DNA of 63,322 bases, filler included, from Trichosphaerium sp. ATCC 40318 (Eukaryota > Protista > Tubulinea): the NCBI GenBank assembly GCA_038496445.1. It is 3 parts of 3 records of this genome, joined end to end, with 100 filler letters (N's around TTAATTAATTAA, not from the genome) between each part and the next. Parts side by side here need not be neighbours in the genome. Positions count along the whole stretch, not along the records: positions 16,390 to 47,503 come from JALMLS010000622.1; 2 more parts are not named here. One strand, 5' to 3'. The number at the start of each line of letters is the position of its first letter. The stretch's first letter is position 1. The translations under genes were made by a program, and so were the position numbers. The notes under the pieces are model-generated. The model saw only the letters and a program-made list of their open reading frames with translations. It searched no databases and had not been told where the DNA came from. Positions 26,381-37,830 of this stretch are shown here, in pieces.

Positions 26381-28797
26381 ATGGACAGACCACCTATGCT
26401 CGCGTCATTAAAGCTAGGACCCTCTGGCATGATATACCCCAGGCAAAACTTCACAAAACGCGTTACAGATGTATACGAGTTAGGAGACGTTGTTGGAGAA
26501 GGGACATTTGCTGAAGTGCGGTAAGCATTCCCCTTTCAGATTTTGAATAAAATCATACAATTCCAAAATACGCACAAAACCGCTTCCTTCGCGTCCGGAG
26601 ACATAGTAGTACCTGTCCGTTTAATACAAATGGCATTTGGTTCCCTAAAAATTATATGTTTATTTAATCATATTCTCTTCGATGTTGGTGCCTCGGAAAC
26701 GTGTTTTTAACGCTTATTTTTAGGCTTGCTAAGGAAAAAAAGACTGGTGAACAATATGCTGTTAAAGTAATTGATAAAGATTATACTGGATCTCTTGATA
26801 TGCTTGAAGAGACGCGGATTTTAGTACGTTTTAACAGAAAAAGATCTTTTTTGCACACAAAATCACGTGATAAACACGGGGTTGTTGTATAAGGTCTCTA
26901 CAAGCTCGCAAGAGCGACTTGGTGACATTTTTTGTTATGGGGTTTCTCGTTGACACGTTAAAACTAACACGTGATAATACTTACTATGTTTTAAGGCTAA
27001 ACTAAACCATAAAAATATTGTTGCATACAAAGAGATGTTTAGTTCTGATGACAAGTACTTTGTAATATTGGAGGTGCATAAGAAATTAAATGAATTATTT
27101 ATTTTGCGATCTACTATCGTGTCACGTGGTAGTGATACGTGCCTGTAGGCGTGGAGCGAGTAGAATATTTAGCGATTTCGCTTTTTTTTTGTTTGTTTTT
27201 TTTTGTTAATCACGTGTTAGTATGTCTGTGGTGGAGAGCTGTTAGATAGAATTATAAAATTGAATAGATACACAGAAAAGCATGCTGCAGATGTAATAAA
27301 ACAAGCGTTACTAGGTATAAGACATATGCATGATAAACACTATACGCATAATGATTTAAAGTATCCAATACTTTTTTTTTCTTTTTTGAAAATCTTTTCT
27401 TTGCCTTAACTCCTCTATACCTGAAAATCTTCTATTGGGTTCTAAAGAATGGGATGCGGAATTAAAAATTGCAGATTTTGGGTATGCAAGACATCATACT
27501 GACGATATCAAGGTAACGCTTCAACAAAAACAGAAAAGAGTTTAAAGTCAATTTCTTAATGAACTTTTAGGAAGTTATTGGAACGTAAGTGTTGGTGTTT
27601 TTGTGATTGTGCTGTCAATTATTTAATTGTTTTACAGACTTCCGTATATGGCACCGGAAACAGTCATGGAGTTGCCTCATGGCAAGGAGGTAGACATATG
27701 GTATTAAAAGCTTGTACAATGTAAAATCTCATTCTGATGACTTTTTTTTTAAGGTCGCTTGGAGTAGTCATGTATGTACTTCTGAGTGGATTTCATCCTT
27801 TTCAAAGCGATGATGATCATTCGGTTGTAGCATCAATAATAGCGTGGGGAAAAGAAATAACGTGGTAGGCAGCTTACATCTAAAACAAACAAACAAAAAA
27901 AAAGTGAATGCATCCAACTGTTTATGATTTTGACCTTAGGTATGGCAAGGTATGGCATAAAATCAGCGATAATGCAAAGGATCTACTACGTAAGATGTTG
28001 GTACGGCTACTAATACATCCACAAGTCACTATCTTTTTAGTCGGTTGTCAAAGCACTTTCGTTATTTTTTTTTGGAATAGAAAAAATCTAAGTTTAAATC
28101 GTTTGTTACATCACATGTCTCACGTGACTTTTAGTGTTTTGATAGAACAAAAAGAATCTCAGCAAAAGATGCTCTTAAACATCCATGGATATTAGATCTA
28201 TGTAGTGATACATCTGACGTTGCAGGTACTTCTTCTATTACTTTTTGGAAAAACCACTAACAATGCATTAGAGTGTCCAGAGTTACCTGAAGAAGTTGCT
28301 CAAGGCATACGCAAATTACAGGTAGGTTACCACTGCATTATTAATGTTTTATGTTCATTGTTGTCACGTGATTTTTAAAAGCACGTGTTGCGTGTACAGC
28401 TGTATAAACAATCGTCTTTTTCTACAACTTTTTTTTAAATGTTTGTATTGAACAGGCAAGGCGAAGACTTAAAGCTGCAATGTTTGCTGTAAGGGCTACA
28501 AAGAGATTAGAAATTCTTAATAGAACAAGAAAGAGAAAGCTAGCGACAAGCAGATATATGGACTACTTAACGCTAACAACACTACCTCTACCAAAAGGTC
28601 AGTAAAAAAGTTCACTTAATGCAAATCATTGTTAAATTCTTTTTAATGTTTTAGGTTTAGGTATTAATATAAAGAAGAGGGAGTCTTATCTTTCACCTGA
28701 AGACTTTAAAGTAGTTCTAGGATGTGAGAGAGAAAAGTTTTATAAGTTACCTTTATGGAAACAAGACTCATTAAAAAGATCTGTTGGTTTGTTTTAA
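26381..28797 (+). CDS. CaMK1-like Ser/Thr kinase with C-terminal villin headpiece domain
   Basis: [58 protein letters not shown] (CaM-binding-like). Last exon: [39 protein letters not shown]. Confidence 0.88.
27361..27418 (+). other. Probable U12-type intron with non-canonical GT-AT ends
   Basis: 5' GTATCC; branch CCTTAAC at 27404-27410; no AG is available. Ending at AT (27417-27418) restores DLK-PEN in frame. Confidence 0.6.
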
Positions 28798-29222
28798 AAA
28801 AATTCAAACAAAAAATGAAACGTTGAGTACGAGTTGGTGGAAGTGCAAGAGTAAACACTCTGTGCTATGCAATTCTTTCTTTCATTTCAAACGGTTGATC
28901 ATTGCAGTTTCTTCAAATAGTGCAGGCAAGGAAACCTGCTATGATCGCTTCCTGAAAAAAAGAAAAAAAACTGTTTCGTTTATCAACAAAAAGAAAAAAT
29001 AAAATGTTTAGATATCACTTCATGCATGTCACCATTCTATACTCTATGTACGCAAGCTTTAGGCATTGATATCATCACATAATGTTAAATGTTACATCAA
29101 GATTGGGTGCCTTTTTTTGACTTTTTCATCGTTGCAACTCCTCTTCCAGGCTTGAAGTCGTTTGTAAAGCGGCACTGTGTACCTCAGGCAGCCAAAATAT
29201 TAAACATGAGGGAGTGTGAACT

Positions 29223-29457
29223 TTTTTTTTTTAATAAGAGGCAGAGCGCAAGCTCCTACTTTATTTGGGTTTAGAATTACATTAATCGAGTCCATATTTA
29301 CAAACCACAAATCCACAGGATTTGTGTACATCAATGCAGTTACAAGGAAGGGCTGGGCTTATAAATATAGGAACCTTCCTGTGGTGGGAATCGAACCCAC
29401 ATCCAATTGATCGATGTTCTGGCTCCAGATCCAAAACACCACAGACCAATAGCCCCC
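29223..29457 (-). mobile_element. tRNA-derived SINE with poly(A) tail and 18-bp TSD
   Basis: Direct repeat CATGAGGGAGTGTGAACT at 29205-29222 and 29458-29475. The minus-strand head has an A-box-like TGGTCTGTGG and a B box/T arm GTGGGTTCGATTCCCAC. The 3' end is a poly(A) run of about 10 nt. Confidence 0.85.
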
Positions 29458-30379
29458 CATGAGGGAGTGTGAACTGCTGTGGTGTTCCCTGGATTTATCC
29501 ACAGAAACCATCAATGAACATGGTGGCATCTGTTACTTCACCTTTCGTGGAATGAGCGGTATGATAATGGACAACTTATGGTAGAAGTATTTAACTTTTG
29601 CCTTTGTCAGCCTTTAATTTCTTATTGCTCTCACGCCTCTGTTCACATGCGCTTGCTTGTTTATGGTTAAGATATGTAAGGGTTACTATTGATTACCTTC
29701 TCTCAAATTTCAGTAGTTTAGTGGGTGGCAACTTATTGTTTCTGAGCTCCAACAATCTGATAGGTTTGTGATGTAGATATTTTTGTCGTTTGCTGTCGTC
29801 TGTCAAGTCCACTCCACACAGTAACGTTCAAAGCATGTGCATTATCTCTTAAGAGATCTTGGTGTAATTGAAGATTTCTTTAAATACACGACCAATGTTT
29901 CATTTCATATAAATCTACCCTCAGAATCCTTCCGAGCAGTGTAGACGTTGTTTCATATCGTGAATCAACAGGCACTGTCAACCTCCTTTAAAAAAAATTG
30001 TTCGTTAAACCCTCCGGAGAATTACTGTTTAAACAGGTAGTTGTACGTGTATGCATAATCAAAGACTCTTCTGAGTTCTCGAATTTTGAAAGACGGTCTC
30101 GCTACATCATTGGCTACGCGTAGACAGTAAGTTTCATCAAGAATGTATACTATTAATCCGTACAAAGGTCATGAGGATCTTGGAGGCACAGCATCAAAGG
30201 TTGCTTTGGTGTAATAGATCAAGAAGAGTCCATATTTTTTCGAACATATTGTCGACAGCAGTCAAGTTATCGACTTTGCAATTACGCAATAATGTTAAGC
30301 CGTTTTGTTCAGCAAGAAAAGTGCAGCGTTGACTTTGTTAATAATATTTTTAAGTTTTAACAACTTGACTTCAAGACTG

Positions 30380-30720
30380 CCGTCGACAATATAATGAGTC
30401 ATGATATAATAGACTTTTTCTTGTATCACCAAACGACCATTATTGTAATGATTGTTTTTCCAATTTACCAGTGTAGACCTTTGTTTACAATCCCCTCGTT
30501 GTTTACCTTTGATGAAATATGACTTGATACAATGATCCAATTCTCCATCTTGTTGGTTGTTGACATGGTGTATTCTCCTTCATGTTATCATTAACATAAT
30601 TACCATGCTATTCCAGTTGCCATTGTAATGCCAATGCTTGGTCTCTCCTTATTTCTCGCCATTCACATAAATAGCTTGTCGTTCCAATAGCCCATTTTCA
30701 AGCCAAATTTTGTACGTTTC
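30380..30720 (-). pseudogene. Degenerate MORN-variant (YwqK-like) repeat gene
   Basis: WLENGLLERQ, WHYNGN and HYNNGRL-type units with stops and frameshifts. Confidence 0.6.
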
Positions 30721-30840
30721 ACTATCTAAATCACTAATTGGATTTGACCTGACATAGCACTATTCTATTTTCAATACGATTTGAACACCTAACTACTATT
30801 TTCAACCTGTTAGCGCCCCTTTCAACCGTTAACTATAAAA

Positions 30841-31548
30841 ATGGAGCATGAAACAGGAAACGTAACAAGGTTTTGTGTAGAATCTGTAGATAACCATCTA
30901 CTACGCCTTCCAGTTGAGATTCAGCTTGATATCATCGATTTAGACACATCAGCGTATTTAATTTGGCTACTTCTTTCAAAACACAGCGCATTGATGACAA
31001 GGTTTGACGGTGAGATGAAAAAGCATGGAAAATGGAAAAGAAAACGAAACCCCAACAACCAAGTTCGTCAAAAGCTGTTGTTTTTTAACTTCGTTTTTAA
31101 CTAAAGTTTAAGTCAACTTTTTGATTTTTATTATGGTTAGACCCGGGAACAGTGTTGGTCACATGGTGAGAAACATGGCGAATACAAAAGTTGGTATGAC
31201 AATGGCCAATTGTATGAGGTGTTCAATTATGTGAATGGTAAACTCGAAGGAGAAAACAAGAGTTGGTATCCAACTAGCGAATTGTTTTCCATGTACAATT
31301 ATGTGAATGGTAAACAAGAAGGAGAGTCTAAGTGGTGGCATAAAAATGGCCGATTGCAGGAGCACTGTTATTTTGTAAATGATAAACTTGAAGGAGAATA
31401 TAAGAGGTGGTATCACAATGGCCAATTGGAGAAGCAATGCAATTATGTGAATGATAAACGAGAAGGGGAGTACAAGCAATGGACTTTCAATGGCAAATTA
31501 GTCAAGCACATCCATTGTGCCAATGATTTCATGGTGCGGTGGGCTTAG
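30841..31548 (+). CDS. F-box-like + MORN-variant repeat protein (one intron, 31063-31140)
   Basis: LLRLPVEIQLDIIDL (F-box-like). Splicing GTTCGT...TTAG joins in frame to GEYKSWYDNGQL-type 24-aa repeats. Confidence 0.8.
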
Positions 31549-31860
31549 TAATGTATGTACTTATGTATTGGTAAACAAGCGTTCCATTATACATCCAGAT
31601 TTTACCCATTTCCCCAGTCTTGTGATCACGTGGTCTGCAGACATTAACTATTAAGGTCACGGAATTACGTAGTGCAAAAATGCCGCCATGAGTGTACAAG
31701 GACCCATTAATGTAATGCCTTAAAGCCAATAAACTTAAGCACTACAATTGTACATCTTATGTGCGACTGCTTGATAGCAACGTGGATTGGTGAAAACTGG
31801 CATATTCATGGTTTTTTGATTCATACATCAGTACGAAACAAAAAAAAAAAAAAAAACAAA

Positions 31861-33040
31861 ATGAAGCCGCTGCTTGTTGTTTCTGTATTGATCATTCGTT
31901 CCAGTGCCTGTTGATTCTTATAGCGATGAACGCTTGTTTTTTAATGTCGTCAATATCATCTATAGCTATGATATTAACAATAACGGCATTACTGGCTATC
32001 GTTTTAGCAATACACGTGTTTATGTACAAAAAATGGTAAAAATCGCAAAAGTGAACTAATTCGGGTGTTTGTCCGTTATTAGGTGCTTCGTAAGTGATGA
32101 CGGACCTTATGAGCTTGGTTACGGTTTTATAATAGGTGCTATAATCGTAGAAACTGTTGTAATCCTAGCTGCATCTTCATTCTTTGACGTACTAATCTAA
32201 TAATTGTTGGAGTCCTACTAAAGTACAAAAACAGGTTTTTGATGCAACCAGGGCTATTAACTCCAACACCAACATCACGATGGTACACTATTAATAATAC
32301 TGCATCTAGAAAAAACCTTCACATCTATCTACTAGTTAGTTGTTGCGAACAGTAATGTTTTTTTTTTTTGTTTAGGATTCTGATCCATATGATAAAATCT
32401 TTGCGTTTGATGACCACCCAGTTGTTGCAATTTCATTCTATGGTGAATACAAACCTAATGGCAACGATGCAAAGTACACTTGTGTAGCACCCATAGCACT
32501 GAACAGTTCAATAGTACTTAAAAATAATATCCACTCTTTTTTTTTCTCAATATATTCTTTCTAGTTTTACAACATTACTCTTCTGGACACTGTGCATTAC
32601 TACGCTTATTGTACCAGTAAGTTTTTGGGTTTCAATTTATATATGTCATATATTTACTTACAGGTTCTCATTCATGCAAGACAAGTGACTGTATGAACAC
32701 GTGGACTCAAGACGAATATTTAGGTATGAGTGACCTGGCCACAGTCTTTTGATATTTTTTCAGGCCTAAGGATTCGTTCCGTTGATGTTAAAAGCGCCGA
32801 AAAGGCAGCCAATAATGCTGCTAATAATTATAATCTAACGAACAGCGAAAACCTTACATTTGTGTACTGGGGTAATCCACAAAAACAGTTGATATCTTGG
32901 TACCGTTCATTTGTATTATGGATGACTATTCCAAACGCAATCTGGTACCTCCTTATTTTCCTACACTCAACTTTACTAACCAATCACTACTAAAGGTTTT
33001 GTATAACAATGGTGGTATACTGTGCAAAGTTTGTAAATGA
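31861..33040 (+). CDS. Multi-exon hypothetical membrane protein
   Basis: Hydrophobic exons (ILTITALLAIVLAIHV; GFIIGAIIVETVVILAA) separated by GT-AG introns. No family recognised. Confidence 0.45.
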
Positions 33041-33775
33041 ATTCTGAGAACCAACAAACCATTGAAGGATAAAAACAAGAAAAAAAAAACCTAGCAACCA
33101 AAACGGCTAGGTTCAACTGTTGCAATAAAACTTTTATTCACAAGCAGTATGCTCCAGTACAAGCCAACAAAAAAGGCCAATTGACATCACAATTCAACTT
33201 AATGTTATCACGTTTTTAACAACTGTTATGGTCCTGTAAAGGTATTTTTCGCAGAGAAAAAGCTGACTTGTAACTCTAGTATATTACCCCTCCTTCTCTT
33301 AGTGCCTACTCAGACAATTTAACACCATCCCCTGTTGCCTCTGCTTTGGTTAGTCCTTCTTGTAAATCAATGCCTAGGTTGCTCTACATTCAACTTACTC
33401 TAAGATACTTCAGGCTGATGTACTCACATCTAACTTGTGGCGTATACAGTTGCCAAAGACATACTGATGTTAAGTGCTATGAGGAGTTGCTTGCCTATCA
33501 AGTCTCCTGTTGCAACGGTAGTATCAACTAGACACTGTTGTAGTGACCCTTTGTGTCAGCAACGTTTCAGCATTGCCACTAGAACTTAAATTCAGTTTTG
33601 ACATCATAGTTTTTACGCCTGTGACATTGTTAACTAGCTTGTAGTATGTTGTAGCTTAACCAAGTTTCAACAACTAGAATGAATCACATAACAGCAGAGT
33701 ATTCAATATTGACATGGTTATTTTTAATTGTTTCGATCCTCCAAAGCATATTTGCAGCAAGAAGTGATAAAAAAT

Positions 33776-33848
33776 TGAATCGGCCAAGAATCGAACTTGG
33801 GTCCCCTTCATGAGGTAAAGGAATACTTGACCACTATACTACCGAGAC
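33776..33848 (-). tRNA. tRNA-like gene with an Asp/Glu-type body and CTC anticodon; atypical, possibly a pseudogene
   Basis: 73-nt cloverleaf: A box TAGTATAGTGG, T arm CCAAG-TTCGATT-CTTGG, anticodon stem CCTTT/GAAGG with loop ACCTCAT, downstream T-run. Acceptor pairs 2 and 3 are mismatched. Confidence 0.65.
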
Positions 33849-34226
33849 AAACTTCATAACTTGATATACAACTTTGGAATACTCGACTCATTATGACTTT
33901 TGTGTGTACATGAAACTAAGTAATTAATGAATAAAGCTTTGCTTAAAATAGCCTCAAAAAGGAGTAACGTGTGAGATACGAACAATATAAAAAAAGGAGG
34001 GAATAGCGCGCACAGACGTCCTTTCAGTTCACAAAGGCCGGTTTTGTTGTTTAGAGCAGAGTTTTCCTTCAGTTGCGCGCAAGGCTGTCGGAACGTTAGC
34101 ATCCGTGCATAGATAATAGCACTCGTACAAAACACAGTACTTGACCATTGCTTTTCGTATTCAAAGTTAATTGTCAGCAATTAACTCTTACTTAAACAAG
34201 AAAGTTAAGTTGCTTCTTTTTGGATA

Positions 34227-36345
34227 TGTCGTGATTGTCGATGATACGAACACTTCTTTTAATAGTGGTGATATGTCCTTATTGCCTTCATTGTTTAGAA
34301 TTTGTTGATAGAAATGGTACAAGTACAATGACGGGTTTTAATTTTTGTCTAATCAAATTGGATTTAAATAGAATCTTACAACACTCCTGATATTTCTTGG
34401 CTGTCAAAAGATTCGTGGGGACAAAACCCTATTTCTGGTACGGAATAAAATAATTACACGCGTATTAGACCTTATTTAAACCACGTGGTTTCCACTATTG
34501 TCGGAAAACACCAAAATATAAAAAACTCCGCTATTTACGAACTTTTTTTCGAGATAACGCGTATGTAGGTGATCTAGTATCTCGTGATCACCCTAATATT
34601 ACTGGGAAAGTTGTTTTTATGCATGTCGAAGGAGGAGATTGGAAGAACCTTGAAGAAGTCTACAAGAAGGGAGCGAAAGCACTTGTTCTATTCAACACTT
34701 TTTTTGGCACGTGATTTTTTTTGAAAAACATCTTTTTGTTGTTTTTTGTGTTTCTTAACGTACCCATTTTAGTAGTAGAAGGATTTCTTAATTACATTAA
34801 ACTCAATGGCATTGTCGCGAATATACCTTCTCATTTACCATCAGTGGAGATTAGTCACCAAGACTCAAAGAAAATTAAACAACTTCTTAGGATAGTGAAC
34901 GGTACATATCCGAGCCACAGAGTCACTTTATTTTCAGATGGTACGAAAACCTCCTATTCTGCGTAGTTTGTAATTATAACGATGTTGACACTGCGTAGAT
35001 CATAATCCTTGGCGAGCGATAAACAGAGGATACGTACGCAAGGAAACCAACCCGAATTTTGAAGAGTTTTTTTGTGACATAACAAATTATTTTTAGGTAT
35101 GGTTTTCTGTAGTTATAGGCGGCTTGTGTGTTGTAGCGATCGTTCTAGCAAGTAGAAAGATATATAAAATTAAAGAAAATAGAGGCTTGAAAGCATCTAC
35201 ATCAGTCATCTGTCTTTCAATTCATGTTCTAGCAAATTCTTGTACGAAAAAAAAAGAAAAAACAAGGAAAATCTTCATCACTTACTGTACTACTAGTGAG
35301 ACTTGTATACGTTGTCATTGATCCTATATACTCTCGATATATATTTCCTAAGTTTATACATGACTTATTCGCTCCAGGAATACCTTCACTAACCCTTACA
35401 ACAACAGTACTCGTAGCTTTTTATTGGTGAGTAAAATAGCACAACTTACAAAAACTGAGCTTTGTTTTTAGGCATGAAACACTCTACAACGCTAAGAAAC
35501 TCAAAGAAATGAAGCATCAACGTGTTGATGTATTTCTTACTCATGCTATTATTGCTTTATCAGTGATTGTTATAATCGACATTGGTGGTGCCATTGTCTA
35601 TGCAATTCTAGATGAGGCTTTTCTCTTTTTCTTAACAATTGCTCTTGCTTTAATGAATATCGTTTCAGCTATATATTTATTGGTGACAGGGTCATTTGTC
35701 CTATATCGAATGAGTAAAATTAAGCAAAGTAATTCAACTTCGATGAAAATCATCAGAAGAGTACGTTATGCATTGGTGTTTAAAAAAAAACAAGAATTTG
35801 TTCAAAACCAAGAAAAAAAAAAGAAAAATATTGTTTGTTTTTTAGTCCCTGCAGGTGCTCTTGGACGTTTAAATAACTTTTATAGAACAAAAAAAAATAG
35901 ATAAAATATGATAACCCTTCATTACTTTGCTCAGAACAAACATATCCATTGAATCATTCTTAAAGTATTTTTTTTGTTTGCTCAAATTAGGCACTTTTTC
36001 AGTATTTTTTTTCTCTTCATCACGTGTCATGACTAACTTTTTTTAAATAACCAGATAACCATACAACTCATGGCAAGCGCTGTGCTAATAATATTATTAC
36101 CTCAGTTTGTATATCTAACAGCAACGCCAGCATTCAGAAATCCGAATGGTTTCTTTTGGTTTTTCTTTGTTCACTTCATTTTCGTCATGACTATAAGCAT
36201 TGTACAAATCACTGCTATAAGGATAAGACATCCGGATAACTGTAGTTCATCATCAAAAAAGAATACACTTGTGGGTAATGATATTGTACAAATGGTTAGT
36301 AGTGCTACAGACAACAAGTCAGTTCACTCTCACAGCATTCTGTAA
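34227..36345 (+). CDS. Protease-associated (PA) domain + multi-pass (GPCR-like) membrane protein
   Basis: NITGKVVFM..GG....VYKKGAKALVLFN...PSVEIS (PA-like), followed by about 7 hydrophobic segments. Start codon uncertain. Confidence 0.65.
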
Positions 36346-37499
36346 TAAAAAAAAAAAGAAAATGAAAATAATTTTTGTACATTGAATCACTTTATTCATT
36401 AAGCACCGTAAAGTTTATCCGCTGCCTTTCTGTTGTGCCACTATACACATGTATTTAAAGCTGCTTAGAGATTTGTTGTATTCAACACCATTGTCTGTTA
36501 TATCCAGTCCATGAAAATACACTTCAATCCTGTGATGTTGCTGTTCTCGCAAAGCCTCAGCGAGTCGACACCATCAATAATAGCCGCATCAAGTGTGTCC
36601 CAACCTTGCATCGCAATATGGGTGTTGTTTAAAGGAGGGCACATGCCCTTAAATTAAAAGAAAAAGTTTTAGTTTACAACAACCCTTTGTGAATCAGCGA
36701 TACCCTACACATAGAAAATAAGTTGTAAATGACTACATGTACCGTTCTGCAAGCCATCATCTTATCACCCAATCCATCCTGTGAACCCTGCCTAATGTAC
36801 CATCCTATGAATCTATGCCCTCTTGTACCTACCTATTGTAAGCTAAGCTGCGAAGGTAGAACAGTTAGTAAATACGCTTTTAAACATCTATAAACATGTA
36901 CTAATGGGAGGTAAAAACTGAATTTATTTGAAAAAACCGAATTTGAGGATTCTAGCATAAATAGCACGTGTAAATGTAATTTAAGATATAAACACTTACT
37001 CGTATATTGTGTTAGAGCCACTGAGACGTTAGGCTTCCTCCAAACCAGTCTTGCTTTCTTACAGTGTTGCTCACACAAGTCATTCATCTACTTTTAATAG
37101 TACCACTGTGATTTTTGTGTTATCACTTGTGAAGCACCTTATAACGCCCAAACACCAACCTTAGCATTGTGGTACAACAATTTTGTTGTTTTCACAACAC
37201 TTGAGCACGTGTAGTGCAAAAACGATAACCAGTAATGCCGTTATTGTTAATATCTTGCAAGTTTATTTTATGGGCTTTTATGTTTCGCACCGCTGTATGG
37301 ATGAAATACATGTCCCGCACAAATACATGTTGCTATCAAACAATCGTAGATAAAGCAATGGAACATAACCAAAGAGTTTTTGACTATAAGTCATAACCTG
37401 AAGGAGTCCTGTTTACTCATGAGGGCAATGTTGTACTGAGTAAATTACAAGTAAAAACCAGGAAAATCTACCACATAAATATATACATTACACATCCCA

Positions 37500-37830
37500 C
37501 TGCACTATATCATTGGATTAATGGATGTGCTTGATTAATGTGCCATTGTAACTCCATTGCTTGTACTCCCCCTCTTGTTTACCATTCACATAATTGGCCT
37601 GCTCTTGCAATTGTCCATTGTCATACCAACACTTATCTTCTCCATGTTCTGCACCATGTGACCAACACTGTTTCTGAGTCTAACCATTATAAAAATCAAA
37701 AAGTTGTCTTAAACTGTAGGTAAAAACGAAGTTAAAAAACAGCTTTTGACGAACTTGGTTGTTGGGGTTTGCCATTTTCCATGCTTTTTCATCTCACCGT
37801 CAAACCTTGTCATCTGTTACATGCTCCATT
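37500..37830 (-). pseudogene. Internally deleted, inverted paralog of the 30841 F-box/MORN gene
   Basis: Shares the upstream GTTAGCGCCCCTTTCAA..AACTATAAAAATGGAGCATG, the GEMKKHGKW exon and the same intron; lacks the F-box segment and has broken repeats. Confidence 0.7.

Noticed and set aside
33250-33720. Possible LINE endonuclease remnant (FILVVETWL on the minus strand)
   Set aside because: Only one short motif among many stops; not supportable without a search.
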